The translations under genes were made by a program, and so were the position numbers. From Nemertoderma westbladi (lineage: Eukaryota > Animalia > Xenacoelomorpha), in the NCBI GenBank assembly GCA_032718475.1, contig JAUCBJ010004935.1:1-64000 (forward strand): a stretch of 64,000 nucleotides of DNA. The letters run 5' to 3'. Numbering within the stretch: position 1 is the stretch's first letter; each line of letters begins with the position of its first letter. Below are positions 26,218 to 37,959 of this stretch, piece after piece. The notes under the pieces are model-generated. The model ran no database searches. It saw nothing but the letters and a program-made list of their open reading frames with translations, and was not told where the DNA came from.

Positions 26218-29200
26218 ATGGCGAAGGGGATACATGGAGAGCCGAGATGGGGATACGATATCCAAGAGGAAGCAGCAGCTCCATTTGAAAGATTCGGTGC
26301 AAAGGATTACACTATATTCGGAATAAAGGATTTATCAGAAAGTACAGCGAAACTCGCAAAGACTAAATATGACTCGAACGTATTAAAAAGAAGGCAGAAC
26401 GCGCTAAACGAAAGAATCAAAGCGTTACGTAAAACCTTCAACGAACTTTACCCGTATGATGCCTTATGTGATACGGGAGATATTAGTGAAGACCCCGATA
26501 CCAAAATAAGTCGTTTGTATCATATCATGCAATACCTGAAAGCAGATGAACCTATGCCTGCGGTACGCGATGAATTCGATGGAATGCATCTTTACAGACG
26601 AACTCGAGGAGACAAAGGAAGCCTTTTCAGTTTACAAACTTTATTATAAATGTGGTGCTTGTATGCGCGAACAACAAAAGGCGATTCCGATGCGTTTGAA
26701 TAAGAAAAATCCCAAACCGATATTGGCGAGGTGTTTGAACCATCAACAACTACGCTACCAGGAAGGAGGGTATCCTTTATCGAATCCGTATCATTCATTT
26801 GCTATGAGTGGACCAAAGGCGGGAGAAATTGTCGTTTACCCACCTAAGATTGTTGAACCCGATGCATTCGAACTTACGCTGGATGAGGAGACTCAGTCAA
26901 CCCACGAAAAGAAAGAAGCTCTTAGCCTATACAGAGCCTATAAGGCTTTCGAGAAAGGTGAGATGGAAGAATGGGGCGGAAGACTCGCGAGCCTACCTTA
27001 CCATTGGACGTCACACGATCAAACTTCAGCTAAGGAGATGACACCGGAAATCTTCGAAAGTATAAACTTTGCTCAAAACGTTATTCAGAGACTACAGATT
27101 GCATCCCCGGAAAGGACAAGAGAAATGCAACCGCGTAGTACTTCGACCACGAAACCATTGAGTATGACACCCAATTACCCTATTAGTATACCAGTCAGAG
27201 AAGATACGACGTATGAAATACCTATCGTGGATCATCCGGAAATCATTTCAAACTTGGAGTTTCTTCCTGCAGTTGCTCTAAGCGATATGGTTAAGATATA
27301 TGATTTACGTAGACATATTACGCAAAAGGTTGTGCATAATGTTCCGCCTCATATTCAAGACTTTAGGGAACTAGATAGAGCTGGCGCTGATATAGCTCCG
27401 AGTAATCTAAAAGGATATTTGACCAGAACAATTCGCTTATAGATTGGAACAGGAACCTTTGAGTCAGATACAGACATCGCTACGAACTGGCAAGGTAAAG
27501 TCATTCGTTTCAAGGATGAGAGGGATATAGAGAAGATTTGGCAACCTTCGGAAGAATTGATGGACGAATGGAACAGAACGTTTAGATCATTTCAAGAAAA
27601 TGGTTACATGTTTTATGACAACGAGGGCGGCAGCCATCAACAAAGTCTGACTTCCAAGACTATACAAATTAGAGTGGCAGACGGAGTCTTGCACGTTTTT
27701 AGTAGACAAAGAAGCGACAAACGGATGCTGATACCTCCAGCAAATACAAAGCGACACCATCTCATCACTAATATAGTAAAGAAGATGGACCAAGCTTGCA
27801 ATATCGACGCTAGGATGCTACCGAAGATGGTAAGAAATATTATTTTGGATAAAACCGTTGTAAAGATTGGATCAGGAGTGAGAGAGGACTTAATCAGCGT
27901 CTTCGCCGGCATGACGGACAGTGACGACTGATTGCCGACACCTTACGTCAACACTCGACCTCTTATACTGTGGTCTATAGAACAAGGATTTTTCCGTGAG
28001 TATGATACTCAGAAAACCGGAACTGGATACATCTCCTACCTAATGTTTAATTGGGATTACAAGGAAAGTAAGAGAACCAAGTATATCGAAACTTATGGAG
28101 AAGGTGATACTCCGGATATAAACGAGTTTGAATCACAGCTCAAATGGAGAGGATGCGTGTATTGGGCTATTACGTCATCTCCAAGAGCGGTCCTACAATA
28201 TTATTTAGCGATAGAGTCATCAGTGAATGTTTGCCTAGTCGCCGACATTGTGTCTCGGACTCTCAAAAGACATCCACTTTGTCTCGGAGAAGATCATACG
28301 TTCTACGCAAAAGGGATAATTCATACTGACGTGTTTAGACGATTTCTCGAACCCTTCTACAATTCCGACGCTCAGTGCAATGCCTTTACTCGAGCAGGAT
28401 TTAGTATATTTCGAGACGTGTATCTTCGCTGTGTGGGATCTCTTATCGAAAGACCATCTATGTTTACATTGTTACCCTATGAAGGAGAACGTATCGTGGA
28501 GATTACCGACAAATCACAGCAGACGCGCGCGCCTATCGGTCACTTAGGTGATGATTTTGAAGTAATGACAACCGTTGATGATCCTCTAGAGGAACGTCTT
28601 GAGATTGAAATGAACCTCCCGAAGAAATCCCAGACAGAGATTCGACAACTTGAAGCAACAGATGCTGTAGTTTGCATACAACCTTCTGAAACATACCAAC
28701 CTGTAGATCCAGACGACTACGACTATAGTGTGGGAGGAAGCGCTCGACCAATTGGAGATCTTATATATGAGGGAGTGTGGTACCCTGCCAATACAATGTG
28801 TGGTAAATGTGGTGTCGCTGGACATCATTCGACAAAGTGCAGTGGAAAGCACATTACTACGACTCAACTAATCTGTGGATGGCATGGAGATCAAGGGTCC
28901 CATACATTTTATACTTGCAGGAGATTTATGGCTCAATGCACCTATTATAATATAAAGGGACATAGAGCATCTGAATGTCAATTACGAGACATACCTTACG
29001 AACGCGAATCTGTAAAACTTGTGAGAAAACTATTTGACGAATGGGAAGATTTAGCTGATGAACATGTATTGGCGCAAAGAAGACGATTCCCAATGAGAGC
29101 ACATCTTGGATTTTGGGCGGTAAACCCTCAAACTATGATGTCGGAAGAATATATCTCCGCTATGCCCCAATATGATGAACTTATCGAGGTAGTCGATATC

Positions 29201-29919
29201 AAATCGGATAGCATATCATAGTCGGATAGCAAATACGCGAGTATTTGCTACAGATTCATTCCGATAATAATAATACATGGAACTTCCAGAAAGTCATCAA
29301 TCGTATCACATATGGTGAATTCGATCGGTTTCGAACAGAAAAGCGAAACAAAGGAGCTTGGTTAACCGTCGCATGGGCGTACCGAGCCGCTTTCTACCAT
29401 AAACGTATACGAGCGAGCGTATTTGAGGAAGAGGAGATCCTAGAGGCGACCAACATACCAGCCACTCCGGTTGCGCCGTCTGCACGTCACCCTCGGGAGG
29501 ACAAACAGAATAGGATCATAAGGGTTCAGAAAGTGAGCCAACAATTAAAGAAAACTATCAACATTAAAGAACGCAAGGGAAATGAACTGACTATTCGAGT
29601 TACTCGGGATACAGTGTCACTTCCCAGAGAACCGCAAAGAGGATCGGGACATATACCAGCTGATCAAAGGGGGGCGCAAGTTTCTCTTGGGTCTGCGTCG
29701 TCCGCTTCCCGCGCGTTCCCAGACGTTTTACCAACTGTAGACACAACCGGTCGATCACGAGGAGTCGGTCGAGGATTTGGGATGCCTAATAGACGAGCAT
29801 GTGAGGAAATGGTCGCACCATCTCCCAACGTCCAAGGTAAACTAGTGACTCGCCCCACAATTCCCATACCGCGAGCAAAGTCACCTGCACGCAGTTTTCG
29901 AGGACGCGGCAGGGCTTGA
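26218..29919 (+). pseudogene. BEL-1 extra ORF3: CxxC/CxxH finger, DEDDy (WRN/RNase D-like) 3'-5' exonuclease, three zinc knuckles and an Arg/Gly/Pro-rich tail; disrupted
   Basis: 26546-27442, 27557-27931 and 27932-29221 share one frame separated by single stops, and the flanking ORFs join by frameshifts. Motifs: WQGKVI, FYDNEG (ExoI), TIQI, LPKMVRNIILDKTVVKIGSGVRED (ExoII), W...LQYYLAIES (ExoIII-like) and CGKCGVAGHHSTKC. Confidence 0.72.
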
Positions 29920-29939
29920 TCCACCAAGCGGTAAAAGGG

Positions 29940-30743
29940 AGGGCAAGGGTGGACGGAAGACTCGTGAGCCTTTCTTATTGTTTATGTAATTTGTATTGCT
30001 TATGTAATTTCTATTGTTTCGAACTTATGCAATTTATTTTATATTTAGAAAGATTTATATTTAGAAAGATTTATATTTAGAAAGTTTTGTATTTGAAAGC
30101 GTTATATTTTATATTTGTGATTATTCCGAACTTATGCAATTTATACTGTTTCGAATATTATGCAATTTATATCTTATAAGCAGTATTTTGTATTTGCAGT
30201 GAAATAGAAGGCAAGAGTAGACGGAAGACTCGTGAGCCTTTCTTATGATTTCATTTGTAAATCGTTATATTTTGTAATTAGAAAGTTTTTATATTTAGAA
30301 AGTTTGTACTTAGAGAGACTCATATTTGTAATTATTCCGAACTTATGCAATTTATCTTTAGGCACGAAAGTATTTGTATTTGTAATTATTTGAATTTATG
30401 CAATATTTGAGATGCAATAGTAGACGGAAGACTCGCGAGCCTTTCTTAAGATTTCATTTATTTGTATGGGTAATTATTTGAATTTATGCAATATTGAGAT
30501 GCAATAGATTTATATTGGTGAATTTAATTTAGATTTATATTGTACCTACTTAATAAGGCCTTAAATATGTAAAGTTTGAATTTGTAATTATTTTGTACCA
30601 AATTATTACATAGAAAGGAAGTATTATTGTTTGAGATTTAATTTGTAAATATGTAGGTACGCCCCAAGTATTCCATAATTTGATTTGTTATTGGTGAAAA
30701 CCGTATATTTTATGTACGATAATATCCTGTTTTCATGGAGCGG
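29940..30743 (+). repeat. BEL-1 3' UTR: T-rich degenerate tandem units containing three copies of the hairpin motif
   Basis: ATTTATATTTAGAAAG and CGAACTTATGCAATTTA recur. Motif copies at 29955, 30223 and 30426. Confidence 0.75.
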
Positions 30744-32617
30744 TATAGAATTATATCCTCATAAAAGCCGTGGATTTTCAAAATTATATTTTGTTGGAAT
30801 AAACTTGTTATAAAGATTACATTAAGTCCTCATTTGCATTTACTATAGCTATTTGTATAACATTGTTTAAGTGGTTCAGTAGCTCAGTCGGTTATGCGCT
30901 GGAAAATCGTTCAGTAGGTGTCGAGTTCGAATCCTAGCAAGTGCGAATTATTTTTTGTGCTAAATTTCAACTCATTCAAATTAACCGCTACGATTTAATT
31001 GCATCTGCTTAAGGTAGATTAACCAATATGATTGCAGTTATCTGATAGTAACCAATGTCGTGCAAGATATGTGTTTGCTGGACCAATGATTATCTTTAAA
31101 ACCCAATATAACTCATAGAACATTCTCGATTGATTGCAGCACTAATTTGCTATAAAAGGTGCGATTTGTTCATTAGTTATTATCTAGTAACCATTCTAGT
31201 AACCATTCTAGTAACCATTCTATCTATTAGTTATCTTTATTAGTTATCGTTTAATTTTGTAATAAAGTTAGAAGTATTCGCTATATCTGCCCATTTTATC
31301 ATGTTTCACGACGGTGAACACAACTGAGGAACAGGATGGCAGGCTAGACATCGGGCCGCGGCAATAGACGAGAACATCGGAGGAATGTAGGAAGGAGACA
31401 ACCCGCAATATTATCCTTAGTTATTCGCCCATTGCCTGAAGGTTAGACAGCGTTCGATGCCTTGGTACCTAAGCGTAAGACCTAAGATCGAAGGTAGAGG
31501 TATTGACACGCTGTGCGCCAAAATTACATTTAGGGACTGTACTGTCTTAATTCAGAGAAAAACCCGCAGTAAGCCTTCATATTCCTACGGGGGGAGAGAG
31601 AGAGTAGAGCAGGTATAGAGATACTAGTACTCAGATAGGACGCAGGCACACCGGTATAAGGCATACACATTGGTAGGGTGCAGCAAGCTGTATGCCTAAC
31701 TCATTTGCTAGGTACAGGTGCGTCGGTGATTCATTTGTAGTACAACGGTGTCTATTATTTGCGTTGGAACTTGTAGGCCAAGAGGTTACTGTGTTTTTAC
31801 CTGAATTGGGATTGTACCGTTCAGGCGGTAGGGCAGTTTACCACTAGGCGAATATAAATTAAGGCCATTAGGGATACTAACACCTACCGTGTCCCCGCCG
31901 ACGTCCTGATAAGAAGTTGCCGTGCCCACCTAGGCAACCAAAATTCTAGATAGGAAGCCAGGCCAGATATTTGTAACTGTACGCCTACTGTAGCAAACTA
32001 ACACATTTTCTTCTTAGTATTAGGGACCTGGTAAGTAAACTGCCGAATTCTGGGCGTAGTATTAACCTTTATGCCTGAATTTGAGTCCTGGAAGTACACA
32101 AAAGGGGAAGGAGCCTTATCATTTGTGAGTATTGGACCTACAAGCCATAAAATTGGGGTATTTATAAAATACACCAGACCCAGTAATTATATATATGAAG
32201 GATTTAAAACTGATTTTGACTGTTGGAATTAAGATACACGCGCGTTAGAAATTATTTACACCTCAAAATATATAAAATAATTTTTGTCCTTACTGCGCTT
32301 TGGCCGCTAGTTAGACATTTAGCTAGCAACTCTCACCCAACCCATATAAATCACACCGCGGCAAAGTATACGAGCGCCCTTAGTCCGTCAGTGAGTCAGC
32401 TCGATTTTAGGATGCGATGCGCGGGATTTTGTTTTACCAAAGTTTGTCCGTTCGTAGACTGTCTTCTGCCTCACCGGTTATAAGAGACCGATTCTGCAAT
32501 AGGTTTGCTTACTTAGAGTTTACTGTTTTGGTGAGAAGGTCGGATTTATGCTTTGATTCACAGACTCTACAGTATGATATTGCAGGATTTGTGTATTTGG
32601 TACGTCTCTTCCATTTA
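30744..32617 (+). repeat. BEL-1 3' LTR (1874 bp)
   Basis: Direct repeat of the 5' LTR without the foldback insertion. Preceded only by a weak purine tract (GGAGCGG). Confidence 0.95.
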
Positions 32618-33257
32618 ATAAAGGTATAATATAGTTGATATAGCACAGTTGAATGGATTACACGGTTACCGATAGATAAGTATTACATGTGATGGCGGTA
32701 GCGGACAGTGATAGAAGTCACCGTTCCACCCTACTGAACTGACTGAGTAAACTGAATGAATGTTGCATCGACCGGTAATATATATTGCACGGTTTGGCCT
32801 TGTTACAGTACCTAGTCGATGCTTCCCCCCTGATTGGCTGATATCCCTGTTGGCGCCCTTTGGAGTGTTTCCCTTCACTCCCGCTATTCTCTCTCTTTCA
32901 GGGGCATGGCCCCTGACCCTTATTGTGTGTTTCTCTCCTTCCCACTCTATTGGGGTGACACGAGGTTGATATTGGTAATCAACCTCGTGCTCCCAATATT
33001 GCTCAACGGCTCACTTTATGGGTTTGTGTTAGCGGAATTGGATAAGCTAACAAATTCTAATTTAAATACAAATAATCCAAATAATAATATTAATTTAAAT
33101 ATACAAAATAATAATTATAATTCAAATATTTCAAAATAATTCGAATAATAATTTAAATTTAAATATACAGAATAATTCAAATAATTTTAATAATTTAGAA
33201 AATAATAATATTGATAATGGAGCTTTTAATACTAATGTAGGAGACACAGGTGGTCCA

Positions 33258-33700
33258 GCCAACGGGAGCCTGCAAGGCCACGTAGTTAGTACGCAGGGAG
33301 TAGTGGGGGTGAGCCACCCCAACGGGAGCCTGCAAGGCCATGTAGTTAGACAGGCAGCAGCGGGGGTGAGTCAACCCCACGGGAGCCTGCCAGGCCATGC
33401 AGTTGCACAGGAAGAGGTGGGGGTGAACAGACCCAGCCGCAGTAGAGACAGTGCGTCGACTAGAGAGGGGCGTAGAAGCGAAGTAAGAGGTAGCGAAGTA
33501 AGTAGTGGTGAGAGGGGGGGGGGGGGGGGGGCAGAGAATGTCCCACAAGAGGGGCGTAGAAGCAAAGTAAGACGTAGTGAAGTAAGAAGTGGCGGGTGGG
33601 GGGGGGGGGGGGCTACGGGCGCCCCACCACGAGAGATTAGTGGCGAGAGGGGGGGGGGGCAGAGAATACCCCACAAGCGTCGGCGGATAATGCACAGGGC
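33258..33700 (+). repeat. 60-bp (three copies) and ~85-bp G-rich tandem repeats in the gag-like region of the outer LTR element
   Basis: ACGGGAGCCTGC(A/C)AGGCCA recurs at ~33262, ~33322 and ~33379. AGAGGGGCGTAGAAGC is repeated with G runs. Confidence 0.75.
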
Positions 33701-34542
33701 GAGTTAGGTGAACCGCGGCACCCGACAACGGGGAATAGTAGGGGGATGACGAGTATCCTCAGGAGCGTCCAACCGGACAGAGAGAGAGAGATGTTGATGC
33801 CGAGAGCAGGCGAGCGAGAGACGTCAGTCGGAAGAGAAAAGAAGAACAGTGGAGTTTAACCGGGAGTTCGACGAGAGATGTCATGAGCGGGGACGCTACA
33901 CTGAAGAGAGAAGAAGGGAAGAGAATAGAAGAAGCGTTGCTACGAGCAACCGGAGAGCAAGGACGGACATTGAACCGTCGGTAGTAGAGATGGAGTTAGG
34001 GAGTCAGTGGGGTCGAACTCCGGGAGATTGCCGTAGAGAGAGACGCACAGCACGCCAGGAGAAGGGTACAGGATGTACCGGTACGAGGACGAGAACAGGA
34101 GAGGGGATCGAAGAGAAACTTCCCGACGGGATATAGCTGCCGATCGAGAGTACGGTAGTCACGGGAGGACTTCTTGGATTATTCGAGAAGTTTAATGTAC
34201 ATACTATAGGCCATGCTGGGAGAGATGTTAGTGTAGGTTATAGGGGAGCGCAAACAACGGGATTAGATCCGGAAGTCACGGCATACATACCGGTAGGTAG
34301 GCAGGAACTCCATAGGCCTATACCAGTACCAGCACAGCAGTATGACTATAATATGCAGGGGCATAACATATATCCAGGGGAGGAGAGAGTTATTGCAGAT
34401 AGGTGTATGGGCCCCAATATATTAACATCGATGGGGGGGGGGGGGGGGGGGGGAGGGTGACATTCCCCAATTACAATATCAACAATACACACAACCGGGA
34501 ATAAGAACATCGAACCCCCTGGACGAGAACAGGTCGTGCGAC

Positions 34543-36881
34543 ATGGAGATATGGAGGGGGCCGTTACCCCCAATGATATATCCGACGCCAAACAAAGTCA
34601 ACAGGCCCTACGGGCAGACTGCACCCAATAGGAGAATCTGTACAGCATCCCTCGAACCCATTGGAAGCACAGGCAATGGGGATGGCAACACTTATCGATG
34701 CGCTCAAGACCAGAATCGAAATACCACCTGTAGAGCCATTTAAATTTGACGGAAGCAGGCCGGAAGAATACCTGCAATTCTGGCGCATGTACAGCAAACG
34801 AGGTATTAACTAAAAACCTGACGCAGGCGGAGTGCCTAAAATATCTACAGGTATACACAGGAGGCTCAGCGTACATCATCGTGAGGCAGCATCAGGGCAT
34901 CGAGGGTGGCTTTACGACTGCATGGCGGGCCCTAGACAGGGAATACGGACACCCAGCCAAGATCATCCGGCAGACCTTAAGGGGAATAACATCGGGTGGT
35001 CTACAGGATAACCCTGTTAGCATAAAGACCTTTGCAAACAAGGTCGAGAAGGCGTTAATCGTGCTAAAAACACTAGACGCGCCATACAAAAATCGAAAAT
35101 CATACGAAAATCTAATAATATCACCACGATAGCGCAGGCACTGCCGATCTGGCTACGGAGCAAGTGGAGGAAAATCGCCTTCTCCACCCGGGAGAAGAAT
35201 GGTGCGGAACCGGGCTTAGAGGAAATGTCAAACTTCCTCAACTACGAAGCAGAGTTGATTACAGACCCAATCTACAGTGAGGATAGTTTGGGAAGGTGCC
35301 GAAGACCGAATACAACAGGCCTAAACCAAACACAATACTGCAGATCCATTTCCGAGAGTGAGACAGTCGCTAACACACGCAGCCACACAGGGGGCTACAA
35401 GCCCACAGATAGCTTGGAGTAGGGCCACACTGTGGCAGGGACAGAAACAAAATAATACCACAAGCAAACATAATCCCAACACACCCAGTAGGCCAAGTCC
35501 AAATAACCGAAACACTAAAACGGTAGATATAAATCTACACGCAATACGTGAAGGACTATACAGGGAATGCTACAATGCAGGATTTGAATGTCAATTGCAT
35601 AGGGGCGGAACCCATAAGACCATGAGTTGTAAGCATTGGCAAGCATTGCCTAAACAAGATCATGTAGTCTACGCAGATGCAAACGGACTATGTCATTGAT
35701 GCGTGGTAGAAGGACACAGACTCGGAGAGTGTAGAGAAACAGCAATAGGAGACGATAAGACTGGAGGCCAAACAATGGCTACGAGCACGACAGGAGCAAG
35801 AAGAAAGAGGAAAGTACTACTCGGGGTAGAACCAGTGAAGATAACAGGAAGGGGTGGCCGATCAGTCACAAGATTAATGCTGAACGACAGCGGAGCAGCC
35901 TTCACGCTGGTGGAGAATTGGGTGGCCGAGGAGATAGGGTTACGGACGAGGCTGAGCAGGATGGCGGTATCTACTATCTTGAGTAAGGATGAGGTCCTGG
36001 AGATGAAGACGGGATGGTGCAAGATATCAGTAATAGCACCAGGATGTGACTATGGGGCAACCATCGACCCCATACAGATAATAGAATCGATAAATATAAA
36101 TGCCAGGAGACCAACTAACATTGAGTTCGAGCAATACCGGTTCCTGGACGATATCGATTTCTTGATACCGGAGGTGGACGTCAGGAAAGTATCCATCATA
36201 GTGGGAATGGACTGCCCGGCAGCCCACGAAAGAGTACAGACAATCTTTGGGGAAGACAGGCAGCGGGATCCGATGGCAATTCTCACGCCGTTCGGATGGA
36301 TGCTTAGCGGCCCAATTAAAACCAAGATTCCATCCAGGGTGTCGGAGACATCAGGGTGCATGCTATCAGGCACCGTTGAGGACGTAAAGGAGAAACCAGA
36401 GACGGTAGATAAGCTAGAAGGGGAAGTAACATCAAGAGAGTGGGCGGAGGAGAATGGATTTGACGTGGAAGACTTAGAGATGATGGGATGGAACAAGGAT
36501 GTTCCCGGAAAGTATTGGTATGGGGATGGAGAAGAGTGGATGGCAAGATGTCTGGAGGAGTGTCCGGAGGAGTGTCCAGAGGAGTGTCTGGGGGAGTGTC
36601 CAGAGGAGACGCCGGTCCGGTTGAGAGGCATACTGAAAAGGGGGAGGCCAAATAAGAAGACAGGGTGGAAAGGGTTAGGATTAGTATTATCCATTCTGTT
36701 CTATCTATTCTTCCGATTTCTTTTCATTCTAGCGCCAGGAGACGACAAGATTAAGGGTGGCATTTTGCTGCCAGGGGACCATAAGGAAGTTAAGAAGGCG
36801 GCGGGAATACCCGATTTTAGGGTGGCGGAAGAGGGAGAACCAATTCCTAGAGAGTTGGAATTGGCAAGGAGAGTGTGGTGA
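34543..36881 (+). pseudogene. BEL-type gag core, zinc knuckle and aspartic protease, ending in a hydrophobic segment
   Basis: ECLKYLQVYTGG...AWRALDREYGHP, CQLH...HKTMSC, LNDSGAAFTLV, IIVGMDCP, TPFGWMLSGP, then GLGLVLSILFYLFFRFLFILA. Confidence 0.8.
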
Positions 36882-36959
36882 ATCCTACAGGACCTACAAG
36901 GGGAGCAGTGGGAGAGTGCCTGTTGGAAGAATCACCCTTGAAGTTTAGATCAAGTTAGA

Positions 36960-37720
36960 TGAAGTTTATTCATCCAATCTTTTTGAGAAATATAAAATAA
37001 TAAAATAATAAAATAAGTAAAAAGTTAGAAAGATAGTTAGATAGTAAGTAGTAGTTAGAAAATAAGTAGTAGATAGAAAGATAGTAGAAGTTAGTTAGAG
37101 TAAGAAGTAAGAAGTAGGCAAGAATAAGGGAGTGTGGTATATAAACATACCACTCTGGTATATTGACATACCACGAGTACTAGCAGGGTACATAGAACCG
37201 GAGTAGCAGGGTTATAGTACCGAGAGAGTTAGAGTTAGTAGAGTTAGAGAGTGGTCGTGGGTACCAAAAGCTCCACGTAGAAAAAGAAGTTAGGGGTTGT
37301 GGGCACCAAAAGCGCCACGTAGAAAGAGAGTAGAGGGGTTGTGGGCACCAAAAGCGCCACGTAGTTGGAGAGTTAGTAGAGTTAGAGAGTTAGTAGAATT
37401 ATAGAGTTAGTAGTAAGTAGTAAGTAAGTAAGTAGTAAGAGAGTTACATAGTAAGTAGTAAGTAAGAAGTAAGTAGCGAGGTAGATAGAATGATAGCACA
37501 TTATGGTAGCATAAGAAATTTAGCACCTTTGGGAGTGGTGGAGAACAGAGGAGTATGAGAGCAGTCCCGAGAGAAGTATGGAGAGGAGGTGTTGGCGGGT
37601 GAGAATGTAGACGAGTTCAATTCAGAGTGGAGTTAAAGCGAGCAGAGTGAAGTTAGATAGAGTAGAGTGGAGTTAGAGTGGAGTAGAGTGGGGTTAGAGT
37701 GAGTTTGAGTGAGAGTTTTT
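36960..37720 (+). repeat. Purine-rich, C-poor low-complexity 3' region with three ~41-bp repeats
   Basis: AGTA/AGTTAG runs. GTGGG(T/C)ACCAAAAGC(T/G)CCACGTAG at ~37257, ~37299 and ~37341. Confidence 0.75.
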
Positions 37721-37959
37721 AAAATTGTGTGAGGATTCCACAATTGTCTCAAACAGAGACGTCAGATGTCTTTGTGCAACATAGGTTGCGGTTGCACCAA
37801 GAATGGATAGTAATATCATACCCAGAGGGAGCGGCCTGGAAAGCCGACTCTGAGATAACAACTCCACCCCACACCCGATAGTAGATCGGGTTCCAGCGGA
37901 ATTGAAGCGCACTTGTAGGTGATACTATCTTCTCACCGGGAAAATAGCATGGGGGGGAG

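Larger units (their letters stand above)
13116..32617 (+). mobile_element. Full-length giant BEL/Pao LTR retrotransposon with an extra exonuclease ORF (BEL-1)
   Basis: LTR pair 13116-16116 and 30744-32617. TSD ATAAA (13111-13115 and 32618-32622). Order gag-PR-RT-RH-IN with Pao-type motifs, plus additional ORFs at 26110-29919. Confidence 0.95.
13063..33013 (-). mobile_element. Probable ~444-bp solo LTR in reverse orientation, split by the BEL insertion (pieces 13063-13115 and 32623-33013)
   Basis: TG at 13063 and CA at 33013, with CTTT on both flanks (13059-13062 and 33014-33017). The minus strand has a TATA-like tract (~32778-32786) followed by CATTCATTCAGT (32751-32762). A 12-bp-stem hairpin lies at 32959-32989. 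Confidence 0.6.

Noticed and set aside
26110-29919. ORF3 as an envelope gene
   Set aside because: No evident signal peptide or transmembrane helix; the motifs fit a nuclease with zinc knuckles.
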